From NCBI GenBank assembly GCA_973895155.1, contig OZ316896.1, positions 4,903,925 to 4,967,924 of the forward strand: a DNA stretch of 64,000 nucleotides. Direction: 5' to 3'. This stretch comes from Marsupella aquatica (taxonomy: Eukaryota; Plantae; Marchantiophyta). Every line of letters begins with the position of its first letter. Within the stretch, counting starts at the first letter, position 1. The notes beneath the pieces are model-generated. The model saw nothing but the letters and a program-made list of their open reading frames with translations, had not been told where the DNA came from and searched no databases. The position numbers and the translations under genes were made by a program. Positions 49,598 through 60,415 of the stretch are shown here, one piece after another.

Positions 49598-51559
49598 AGG
49601 CTTGGCAAGCCTTGGCTGCATTGAGGAGGCGGAGCACTTCCGGTCGGGCTCCCGCACGGACTCCCCCGGTACGGCAGGTTAGGAGTGATACCTCCCCTTC
49701 TAGGGAAAGCGGTGGAGGTGAGGATTCCAGGGGGTGGAGCCCTGGTTCAGTAAGTGAGTCCGGTGAAGACTAGTGTAGGGCCTTGTTTTTTATGCACTAC
49801 GGATTGGATGTTAGTACCGGCAAAGGCACCGTTGGTACCGTAGTGAGCTAGGGTTTTTCACAGCATGTGTGTGCCGCACGCTTTAGGTTAGTTTATCTCT
49901 TTGATGCTTTTGGCGGCGCCGCTAGAGTTGTCGCCGTTGTTGCCACTCTGTGAGGGGTGCTTGGGTGTTTTTTCGGTATTTAGGGGGGGAGCCCCGTAGT
50001 GAAACGGGGGGGAACTCAGTCTAGTGTTTGCTTAGGGAAGTTAGCTCATAGCCAGAAGAGGGAATCAAGCCAGAGTAGTGAGGTAGAGGTGTAGCACTTG
50101 CCCCAGTGAGGCAGTAGTTGGGCAGACGACAGGAGGCCGGGTTGTCCTTGCAATGTGTTACAACATTTTGCCAAAAGATATGGATTTGGTTTGATTCCTC
50201 AAGTTTTGGTGTGGCGTTATTTTTTCTGGTTCAAGATTGTGTTCTTTCCCCAAGAAGTGTCTAAGGAATCCTTGCACGGTTTGGTCAACCCTATGAGTAG
50301 GAGGGGTGGTGACAGCACTCCACCAATGACCAGTAGGAGTGTGTGTGTGGCGTAGTCCATGGGACTTATCAAAAGCAAAGCGGCTAGTCGGTAGACTTGA
50401 TCAAAAATTACATTTTCGGGAGCGGAAATAAACATACTCATCCTACATGCAATAGAATCCTAATAGCGTCCCTCCACGTTCCCGTCATACGATAACAAAC
50501 ATTTTTAGTAGGAGTAAATACGTATTTGTCGTGTAAATCGTTTGATAACCAGGTGACAAATGGCTTGGGCATATTTTGGGGGGATTTGGATTTCATGGCA
50601 ACCACTATGGGCCATGGGACGGGTGACGGCCAGACCATGGGCCATGGGACTGGGTGTCGGGCAAACCATGGGTGACAACTGAGGCAAGCGGTACGAATAC
50701 CATAGGGGCAAGAGACATCCTTGAGGCAAGATGATTGCCTTGAAGGCTGGGTGGGTGAGACAAGGGGTCCCAATAAGCAGTAGCCTAAGTGTCTCTCTAA
50801 AATTCTCGGGTGACCCCAATGGATTTTGGGAGCCTCTCTAAAATTCTTGGGTGGCCCTAATGGAACATGGATGTGATTGGATTCCGACCAGAGAGAGCTT
50901 GGGATATGTGTGTGGCATATATTTTTGTGAACCGTCTTTGTTCAGATGACAAGGGGTTTGTAAATTTGTCACATGGCAGATCTTTTAGTGTGGTTGCATG
51001 AGCCGATGCAAGCTAAGAGGATACCATAGGGGCAAGAGAGATTCTGGATCTCCTTGAAGGTTGGGAGGGTGAGATGAGGGGGTCCCAGTAAGCAGTATCC
51101 TCAACGGATATTGGTTCCCCATCAAAGTCTCAAGTCTCTTGCAATGGTGTGGCCCAGCCGGCGTTCAATATAGTTAGGGGTCTGGGAAGCTTGAATGATT
51201 TTGGATTTTAAAAAATAATCATCCGTTTTGTGGGTTGGATGCAGATGATTAAAGGGGTTGAACATTTTTGGGCAACATGAGAACTCCAAGGGAGAGATCA
51301 AAGGCAAATCGCGAGCGATATGCTCAGAACAAGGATGCAATAAATGCAAGGCGTCGCCAACAATATGCCCGATGATGGTTGAAATTGGAGAATGGTGTGC
51401 CCCAGGTCCATGCCAAACCAAAACAAAGTGTCTCACCTAGTGTGGGTCCCTTGGTTCCAACAATAGTTCCCACACCATGTGTGCCAACTGCGGTAGAAGA
51501 ACCAAGGGCCATTAGTGGGAGACAACTGCGACGGGAAGCAAGGGTTGAATGAGGGGCAT

Positions 51560-53512
51560 CACAACATCATTGGCCCCAATTGAGGAGACAACTTTGGGAC
51601 CTACTGCAGTGCCTGGCCGTGCAAGTAGTGTGAGACAATTGCTTCATGAAGCAAGAGTGACGCACCAGGCATCGGCCAGATCCATGGCCATGAGGGCCAG
51701 TTGAGAAGGTGCCTCAAGTGCCTTGGACGCATGTGAGACCAACCACTGTTTGGAGCAATTTGTGCCTACCCCTCCATGTGAGCCCATACCCAACAATGAG
51801 TCGAGAGATCCCAATGTCTTTGATGAAGATTGGCTCATTCATGGTGCTTTATAGGATGGAGCTGACTCCATGTGTGTCATTCTGCCCTGTGAATTGATAC
51901 CAAATAGTGTACGAGCTGACCCTGACATCTTTGATGAGGATTGGCTCATTGATAGTGCCTTGCATGGGGAAGTGGGCCCTATTCGTGATGATGGTGGTGG
52001 TCACTTTGACACATTTGTTGAGGGCACCTTACATTTGTCAGATCAAGAGGGGGAAGAAGAGATTGAGCACATCCTCCAACAAGAATTTGGAGGGAGTGAC
52101 CTTGCACCGGTTACCCCGGCTCAACCCAGTGCGGAAGATATTTTCCAAGAACGTCAGAGATTGGAAGAGATCCAATGTTTGTCAAAGGCACGACAACCTT
52201 TGGATCCTACCATGGGCTGACACCTTTTGGGACGGATGGACATTGAGTGTCCATGTTGCAAAGCTCTTCATTGGATTGAAGAGTGCAAGGCCGGAACGCA
52301 CCGCCATCCGTGCTTCACAATGTGTTGTGTCGATGGGAAGGTGGATTTGCCTCCAATTGGTGCTCCTCCAAAGCCTTTGCGGAGTTTGTTGACGGGAAGT
52401 AATGTTGCGGCTACAACCTTTTGGAAGAACATTAGAGGGTACAATAACACCTTGGCATTTACATCGATAGGTGTTAAAATTGACAAAAGTGGGGGGGGGG
52501 CAATCAGGGTCCATATTCATTTCGCATACAAGGTGCTTTATATCATCGGACCGGAAGCCTCTTGCCGCCTGATGGAGAGGGTCCCAAGTTTGCTCAACTC
52601 TATATTCATGACACGGGGAATGAGTTGGGAAACAAGTATTTTGCACAACATGAACCTTTTTCCTCTTATGACGCATTTTTAGCTGCAATAAGTTGAGTCT
52701 CATTGGATTTTATGTTGGGTAGCAGGATGAATTCCATGCCACAGTTGGATGAGGCGGTGCTTGCTTCTTTGCAAGAAATGCTCCATACGCACAACCCTTA
52801 TGTACGAATGTTCAAAAATGCCGGGAGCCGCATTGATGACGTTGAGGTGCCAGAGGTTTTGCTATGTATTGTAGCTGAGCGTGACACCCACCCGAGACAT
52901 TACAACAAACCCACGGCGGATGAGCTTGGTGTGATCATGGTTGGGGATGAGGATATTGAAACACGTGTTCGAGATATTATCCTAAGGACAAGGGACGGGG
53001 GCCTACGTAGGATTTTGGAGTGGCATAGGTCCTATGCTCCTCTCCATTATGTCTTACTCTTTCCGCATGGTCAAGACGAGTGGTCTTATGACATCCCATT
53101 GGTGGGCCATGAATTTCAAGATGGGGTCATTGTGGCAGTTGAACCCCAAGCAAGGGGTGGACGCATGAATCGTCGTGTCATTGAGGCACGAGTCCTTGCA
53201 GAAAAATATGCCGGAACTATTACGTTCATCCCATGCATTCCGTTGACGTCTGATGAATCACTTCCTTTTATATTACATAGGGTCCAGTTTCCCATCCGAG
53301 TGGCATATGCAATGACCATCAACAAGGCTCAAGGTCAAACGCTAGAACATGTAGGGTTGCAACTTTCAAAACCTGGTTTTAGTCACGGCCAGTTGTACGT
53401 AGCATTCTCAAGAGCAACATCGCCTAGAAGTATTAAGGTTTTGCTTCCAGATTCTGAGGAGGGTCTTGCAATGTTGACCAAAAATGATGTATATGATGAA
53501 GTTCTTTATTGA
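51560..53512 (+). pseudogene. Helitron RepHel remnant: N-terminal Cys-rich/Helitron_like_N region fused to a PIF1 helicase C-terminus
   Basis: The N-terminal part reads GRMDIECPCCKALHW...MCCVDGKVDLP...NIRGYNNTLAFTS, GALYHRTGSLLP...FAQLYIHD, HNPYV, YNKPTADE and YAPLHYVLLFPHG. It then runs directly into IPLT...LPFILHRVQFPIRVAYAMTINKAQGQTL...FSHGQLYVAFSRAT...TKNDVYDEVL*. In-frame stops lie upstream and a frameshift occurs at the G-run near 52495. Confidence 0.92.
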
Positions 53513-53689
53513 ACACAAATAAAGTTGGCATGAGTATGGTATCAATGAATTTATATCTGTATTTAAGCTATTATGTATTTCATCTTCATCATGTTTGCCA
53601 TTTCCCATGACCCCAACTATCAACTTGACATTTGTGCCTCGCTTAAACATATTTTCTCTCGTGGACCCCGTCATGGACATCTTTTGCTC

Positions 53690-54281
53690 ATCTCAACATC
53701 TTTTTATCACTTTGACTTCTTTTTATCACTCGACATCATTTTATCACTCTACATCCTTTTATCACTCGACATCTTTTATGACTTCGACATCTTTTTATCA
53801 CTTTGACTTCTTTTTATCACTCTACATCCTTTTATCACTCGACATCTTTTATGACTTCGACATCTTTTTATCACTTTGACTTCTTTTTACCACTCTACAT
53901 CCTTTTATCACTCGACATCTTTTATGACTTCGACATCTTTTTATCACTTTGACTTCTTTTATCACTTCAACATATTTTTATCACTTCAACATCTTTTTAT
54001 CACTTCAACACTGTTATTACTTCAACATCTTTTTATCACTCGACATCTTTCTATCACTCGACATTTTTTATGACTTTGACATCTTTTTATGACTTTGACT
54101 TCTTTTTATCACTCAACATCTTTTTATCACTTCGACATCTTTTTATCACTTGACATCTTTTTATCATTTTGACTTCTTTTTATCACTCAACATCTTTTGT
54201 TACTTTGACATCTTTTTATCACCTCGACTTCTTTTTATCACTTCGACATCTTTTTATCACGTCGACATCTTTTTATCACTT
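53690..54281 (+). repeat. 3' subterminal minisatellite of Helitron 2 (18-19 bp unit)
   Basis: About 30 copies of CGACATCTTTTTATCACT(T). Confidence 0.95.
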
Positions 54282-56159
54282 CACGGGCATCGGGCTAGTG
54301 AGATATAATGCCCTGAAAAATTAGGCGGCAGCCCAAGTTTTGAGGGCATTATTCTCATAATTCCAGTAACTAGGACATTAATGTGCATAAAAACTTGAGT
54401 GATTTTTGGTAACAAACAGAAAAAGTGAATCTCTGAATAGAAAATCCAAGCAAAAGGGCCTGCAATTGGCCAAAGGCATGAAAGAAGTTAAAAACAAATC
54501 TTGTGATTTTGATACAAGTTATTATGTTATTTTATTTGGTAACACTATATTTGGGTTTTACCTTTCCTATTTTTGTGATACTTCACATAATTGCCTTCCT
54601 CAAAAGAAGGGAGTCTGTATGGGAAATTAATGCACTCAAAAATACAAAGAGAAAAATCACAAAAGAATAGCTATGGAGTTGCTTGGACAATTGATAGTCG
54701 ATTGATACATCAGTACATCACATCTTTGGAGAATGCAACATTCTGAGGGGGCCACTCACGTTTGTTTCGACAAAAGTAGCTACCCTATGGTTGTTTTTCC
54801 CCTTAGTTCCCCCTTTGGCCAATTGTAGAAAAGATGATACCCAGGGATCCAGAGGATTAATTCAGGGTCAGGAGTGGAACTTGGTCTGTAGCTCTCCCTC
54901 TAGTATTACCTGATCTCTTAGTGCCATCTCAGTTCAAGCAAAAATAATGAACTATTAGAATTTTGTACTGACTCTCAATGTTGTTTGGGCCCTTAGGGAT
55001 TGCACTATGGTAATAGTTGAAAAGTCTGTGGTCAAACGTCAACCCTGCCCCCGGAATGCTCAGAAGAGCTTCTCGGTTAGTGCGGTCAGCTTTTGTTCAC
55101 TTTTTGGTCACAAAATTATGGTCCAGTAACCCAGCTCGGACCACTCTTATCCTATACATTTTTGGGGCTGCATCCATTTCAAGCCTAGCACAGACCTCCC
55201 AAACCTGACATGACTGGAACATTAAGTCCCCCTATTATCCACAATGAGGATCCTGCACTTTGCCCCCGTCCTGGATGAAGAGACATTGAGCCATTGACTC
55301 TCTTGAAACCTCTCTGGACCCTCCACTCATAGGGGAGCCGTGCCATCTTTAGTAAGGGTTACTGTAGAGGTTATTCTCCCCCCCCCCCCGCCCCCCCTCC
55401 CTCCCAAAAAACAAAAAAAATCAAAATCAAACGGGCAGCAATGGGGCAAAGACCACCCAAGCCAAAAGGAACACCAAACACCAGAAGCGCCAAGGCAGGG
55501 GCTGCAGCCACCACCACAAGGGAAAAAACCTAATGGGACCATGAGAGCCGGAAGAGCCCAAGGAGAATGGCTCCATCCAGTGCCCAGCTGGTGCAATTCC
55601 TATGTAACCTACCAAAATATCTCCAACTTCAAGTGCTACATGTGCTTGGATGTTTCAAAAATCTACTGTCCCAATCGACTGAGTGGCTCCTCCTAAGGTT
55701 AGCAGTGGTGTCTAATTCTGGCATGAGTGGTCCTGAACACAAGAAAAGAGTCTACCAAGACTAACAAATTCAGGTGAATTGCCCTCATGCTGCAAAGAGC
55801 TAATCAAAAGGTGAGTCAGGTCAAGGTTAAGTGCCTGGGGGATCTCAGTAGTTGCCCAGGGCTTGAGCACCTCATGAAGAGCACTAGCTGGAAGATTATG
55901 CTCACAGTTTTGGGAAATAGAGAGAAAACTAGAATTCCAAGCATAACAGCTTGAAAATCTTTGGATGAGGTGAAATACCTTGGAAAATGGTGTTATCAGG
56001 AGAAATTCGTTGTAAACACTTGTTTTGGCTAGACAGAAGCTAAACGGAACAAAAAATATGTACCCACTATTTGGTTTGGAAAGTTTTAATGGCAGGTGTA
56101 AAGTCTGGAAAAAGGGCTTTTAGCAATTAAAAGTAGGAAACCAAGTTACCAGTGCGGTA

Positions 56160-56450
56160 CCTTTGCCTTCCCGCTGAAATAGGGGATCAGTCCTTTCTGG
56201 GGATAAAACGTAAGATATCTCCGCCAGCCAGAGCGCCATATCTTTAGCGAGGGTTGCTTTTCTCCAGGCTAAACTAGGGTATGCGGCTATGCGCTCCTTT
56301 CTGAGGGATCAACAGGTAAGATATCTCCGCCGGCCAGAGCGCCAGCGAGGGTCTCCTTTACTTTTGTCTCCAGGCTGAAATAAGGGATCCGCTCCTCTCG
56401 AGATCAGCAATAAGATATCTCCGATTCTCCGCAGCCAGAGCGCCGGAGAG
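56160..56450. repeat. Three ~100-bp diverged direct repeats upstream of NTMC2T5
   Basis: TAAGATATCTCCG...GCCAGAGCGCC occurs at 56211, 56317 and 56411. Confidence 0.8.
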
Positions 56451-57943
56451 ATATCTCGTAGGGACGGACAACGTCCAGCCAGGAAGGAGGACCTCTACTT
56501 GCATGGCCTGCCAACCACGTAGGTAGGGACAATATGTGCCGGAGCCTCTAAAATCGGCAGAAAACAAAAAAACCACGAATAAAAGTAAAGGTTGGTCCCC
56601 TGTTCCAGTTCGGTACCTTCAAAGTGCAACCAACGAGGGATGTCCCGAGGGGAGGGACAGGTTCACGACTGACCCGTTCCTAAGGAAGCGAAGCCAGATG
56701 GGGGCCTGTGGTTAGCCGGGGCCGCTGCATGGGGAGGTGGCATGGCCTTTGACTCGAGGTGGATTCGACCAATGGGAGCTCGACTCGTGTCAAAAATTAG
56801 GATGATGAACTAATGCAAACCGGACAGCGAAGTCCCCTTCCGTTGACACTGGCCAAAATTCGGTATTCTACTGGCCTTCTTTGGCCTTTCGTCCATTCTC
56901 GTTGGTCCGGTCCCCGGCCCCGCCAGCCCCCATCCACAATCCACTTACTGACATGGGTGGTTTGAATACGGGCATTATTTTTGTGCGATGAGGATCATTC
57001 CAGCGCGGAGTATTTTGTATCCTTGTTTGAGTTCTCGCCAATCATTATGCGCCTTCTGTGGCGCATGAATTGCTTTCGCGACAGCGCTGGTGTCGACTGT
57101 TCCGGCAAAGATCCATTGCCCTGTTGTTGATTTGTCGTGGAATCGTCGGAGAATGAATCTCGACTCACCCACGAATGGAATCCTGAGAGAATCGGCGGTC
57201 GAGTATTTTTGCTGCCTCAGTGCGAATAGAACGAGCATTTTTGCACATTGTACAATTGCACATGGGGAATCACTCGCGGTGGTTTTTGAGTTTCAAATCG
57301 GAGGAGGCAGGATGAAGTCGGGAGAAGAGTGTCGGTGATCTCTTCCCTGTCATTCTTTAGTGTCTGCGTCTTTGAATGATCTGGAGAGCCGAATTCCTTC
57401 CTGCATGGACATTGCCGAGATTGGAGCTCTTCATCGTGGTCTGGTCTACGGAATTCTCTCGTACTCCTCTACTCTACTCACTCTGCTACGAACCTCGCTA
57501 TAACCTCATTCTGAACCTCGTTCGGAATTCGCGGCGAGAGTCTCTGTCAGCTCAAATTTCGTGAGAATTTCCATCTCATGTTTCTTCTTTGGCTGCGGTC
57601 ACTGAATTTCTTTGAAATATCGTCTTTGCCGTCATTGATTTGAGCAAGTGTAAGATACCGACTTCTTGCGATCCATCAAGCAAGCAAGCACACAAGCGAG
57701 TGAGCGCTTCTACCGTCCAAATTGTGTACGGTGGGATCCCTTCTTCTAGTACAATGCATTCTTGTTGGTGTTGTTATTTTAATATCACTAGATTGATTGC
57801 CTCGTGAATATTCTGGGAGTCGATTTTCAGTGCTCTTATTTGCCTGCTGGAGAGACTTCCCACTCCACTCGCCGGGAAATTAAGAAATTGGCATCGTCCA
57901 CTTATTTATAAGACAGAGAAAGGCAGAGAAGGAGACACACAAA

Positions 57944-60415
57944 ATGATTCATCACGCGTCGTTCACATTAGTCGGATGCAGCTCGTCGTCAGCATCAGCC
58001 TTTCTTGTGCGCGACGAGTGGAAGGTGCCGTGGCAATCTCCGAAAGATGGTTGTGGCAGAGGTGGTCTTAGGATTATTATTATTCGCGAGGGTCGCGGTC
58101 CTCGTCGTGCGATGGAGAAGTCTATGTTTTTGGGTGAGAATTTGAAGGTAAGAGCGTCCGCGGCGCTTCATTCTAACAGTAGGAACAGCACTGGCAGCAG
58201 CAGAAATTCTCACGGGACAATCCGTCCCTCAAATGGGGACGATGAAGTCCCCCGTAAGGCAGCAGTGATAGCTCGCGCTCTTGAACGCCGACAATCCAGT
58301 CTCGATGCTGGTAGTTGGCCCGATCGCGAAGACGGATCACCTCGCATCAGCCGCTGGGATAAGGTAAAGTCCCGCCCCAAGGTGCAATGGAAACCCAGCA
58401 GGCCCGAAAGGGAGCCCCGAATTAAAAATGTGGATGGCCGGGATTCTGACGACCGAGATTCGGCTGAGGATACCATCGCTCAAAGTCGACAATTAGATGC
58501 CGAAGCGCTTGACGAGGAATTCACCGGCCAACCGATTCGGCGCGTGCTGGCGAAGGCGAAGAAGCAAGCTCTTGTGATGAAGGATTACGTCACGACTTTG
58601 GACGCGCACAAGCTGTTCAGCTCCACGGGAGAGAATGCCCACTCCCCTCCCCTTCCACCAATGACAGGAAAGGTACTTGGTAGCCTGGGTTCCGTTCTAC
58701 TGGTCTGGATCATCCTGGATTCGTTGATTTGGAGAGTGAGCAGAGCATCAACGACGAGCAATGTACAAGTGGCTGGCGAGGAAGGAGGTGAATCACTACG
58801 TTCGAGGGCACCGTCTGCTTTGTCTGTGCTTTTGGATACGGACCTTAGGCGGAAGGAATCCGTGGAATGGGTGAACATGGTGGTGGGGAAATTCTGGAAT
58901 CTTTATCGACGAGGAATCGAGAACTGGATCGTTGGCCTCCTACAGCCTATCATTGACGGTCTCGAGAAGCCAGATTACGTCAAGAAGGTGGAGGTGAAGC
59001 AATTTTTTCTTGGAGACGAACCCTTAACTGTCCGGACTGTGGAAAGGAGAACATCCCGCCGAGCTGACGATCTTCAGTACCACATTGGTTTGAGATATAC
59101 AGGTGGAGCGCGGTTGCTTCTTGCTATCACAGTTAAGTGGGCGATCATTCCTATTACCATTCCAGTAGGAGTTAGAGGCTTGGATGTAGACGCTGAGACA
59201 TGGGTGAAATTGCGCATGGTTCCTTATGAGCCTTGGATTGGTCAGGCAACTTGGGCTTTCGTTACTCTTCCGAAGATCAAGCTGGTTCTGGCTCCCTTTC
59301 GACTGCTCAATCTCATGGCCATTCCCTTCTTGTCCATTTTCTTGGCCAAGTTGCTCACGGAAGATCTACCAATGCTCTTTGTTCGCCCCAATAAAAATGT
59401 CGTCAACCTTCTGGATGGTCGTACGATTGGTCCGGTGTCGAAGGATTTCAAAGATGGTGTCATGCTGGATGGAACTAGGTCCTTCACCGGGGAACTATCT
59501 TTGACTTTGGTTGAAGCCAGGAGACTTCCTTACATCCCCTACCTTAAAACGGATCCATATTGTATATTTGTTCTGGGTGACCAAGTACGGAGGAGTAAGA
59601 GGAACAGTCAAACTTCAATCATAGGTCCACCAGGAGCGCCTGTTTGGAATCAGGACTTCAAGCTATTGGTAGTGGATCAAAAGACGCAGCATATGTCTCT
59701 CACTCTACATGACACCCTCGGGTTCACGTCTTTTCCAATTGGGTCTGGGGATATCGACCTCCGAACACTTCAAGACACCGTTCCAGTCGACAGAAAGCTT
59801 GTTTTGAGAAGTGGATGGGGCCCATTCCCGAAAAGGTTTGCCGGTGAGTTGATCCTTCGGCTAACATACAAGGCTTACATTGACGAAGATGGGGAAGACT
59901 TCGCCGGGGAATTGACTCCCACCGGTAATGCTGCACTCGATGTTCCAGGGGCCGTTGAGCAGGTGAAGGAGGTTGCGACATTTTTCAAGGAAGAGGCTGG
60001 CAAAGTTGCTGAGTTTTTCCAGGACAAAGACACAGCCAAAGAAGTGTTCTCCGCTCTTCCGACAATTACGAGTGAGATAGACGCGGAGAATGCTCTCCCC
60101 ATTCTCGGGTTTGCGAAAGCCAAGGAGGAGAAACCCATTGAAATTGAGTCTTCAGCCCATGCTCATTCTACAGGCAACGGTGCTGTCAATGGGGATGACG
60201 AAGTCGTCAGTAGCTCAATGGAAGGCAGTGCTGCTGGAAAGTCAGATAATAAGCTGGCAATAGCATCGAAGGAGGCAGTTCCGGACCAAAAGAGTAATTC
60301 CGTCCAAGTGGAAGGAGCAAGCACAAGTCAAATCGTTCTTTGGTTAGCTGTGGCTACAGGAATTATCTGGGTTATAGCAGCTGATCTCAATGTGGCAAAT
60401 CTCTTCAACCCTTAA
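57944..60415 (+). CDS. NTMC2T5: NTMC2T5-like (tricalbin/synaptotagmin family) TM-SMP-C2 protein, 823 aa, single coding exon
   Basis: It has a transit-peptide-like Ser/Arg-rich N-terminus and a TM (VLGSLGSVLLVWIILDSLIW). The SMP domain reads RKESVEWVNMVVGKFWNLYR...ERRTSRRADDLQYHIGLRYTGGAR...LLTEDLP and the C2 domain reads FTGELSLTLVEAR...KTDPYC...PVWNQDF. The C-terminal TM ends ANLFNP. Confidence 0.92.
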   Translation: MIHHASFTLVGCSSSSASAFLVRDEWKVPWQSPKDGCGRGGLRIIIIREGRGPRRAMEKSMFLGENLKVRASAALHSNSRNSTGSSRNSHGTIRPSNGDDEVPRKAAVIARALERRQSSLDAGSWPDREDGSPRISRWDKVKSRPKVQWKPSRPEREPRIKNVDGRDSDDRDSAEDTIAQSRQLDAEALDEEFTGQPIRRVLAKAKKQALVMKDYVTTLDAHKLFSSTGENAHSPPLPPMTGKVLGSLGSVLLVWIILDSLIWRVSRASTTSNVQVAGEEGGESLRSRAPSALSVLLDTDLRRKESVEWVNMVVGKFWNLYRRGIENWIVGLLQPIIDGLEKPDYVKKVEVKQFFLGDEPLTVRTVERRTSRRADDLQYHIGLRYTGGARLLLAITVKWAIIPITIPVGVRGLDVDAETWVKLRMVPYEPWIGQATWAFVTLPKIKLVLAPFRLLNLMAIPFLSIFLAKLLTEDLPMLFVRPNKNVVNLLDGRTIGPVSKDFKDGVMLDGTRSFTGELSLTLVEARRLPYIPYLKTDPYCIFVLGDQVRRSKRNSQTSIIGPPGAPVWNQDFKLLVVDQKTQHMSLTLHDTLGFTSFPIGSGDIDLRTLQDTVPVDRKLVLRSGWGPFPKRFAGELILRLTYKAYIDEDGEDFAGELTPTGNAALDVPGAVEQVKEVATFFKEEAGKVAEFFQDKDTAKEVFSALPTITSEIDAENALPILGFAKAKEEKPIEIESSAHAHSTGNGAVNGDDEVVSSSMEGSAAGKSDNKLAIASKEAVPDQKSNSVQVEGASTSQIVLWLAVATGIIWVIAADLNVANLFNP

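Larger units (their letters stand above)
44874..54298 (+). mobile_element. Helitron, 9425 bp, with internally deleted RepHel and captured sequence
   Basis: The 5' end is A|TCTACCTATCTACCTACTAC and the 3' end is CACGGGCATCGGGCTAG|T, with no TSD. The joined flanks give AGGGCATTA^TGAGATATAATGCCCT. This is nearly identical to an uninterrupted copy at 36983-37007 and complementary to the arm at 54338-54380. Confidence 0.88.

Noticed and set aside
53690-54281. CRISPR-like appearance of the short repeat arrays (also 9700-10180 and 47631-47780)
   Set aside because: Head-to-tail repeats without unique spacers, in a eukaryotic context with no cas genes.
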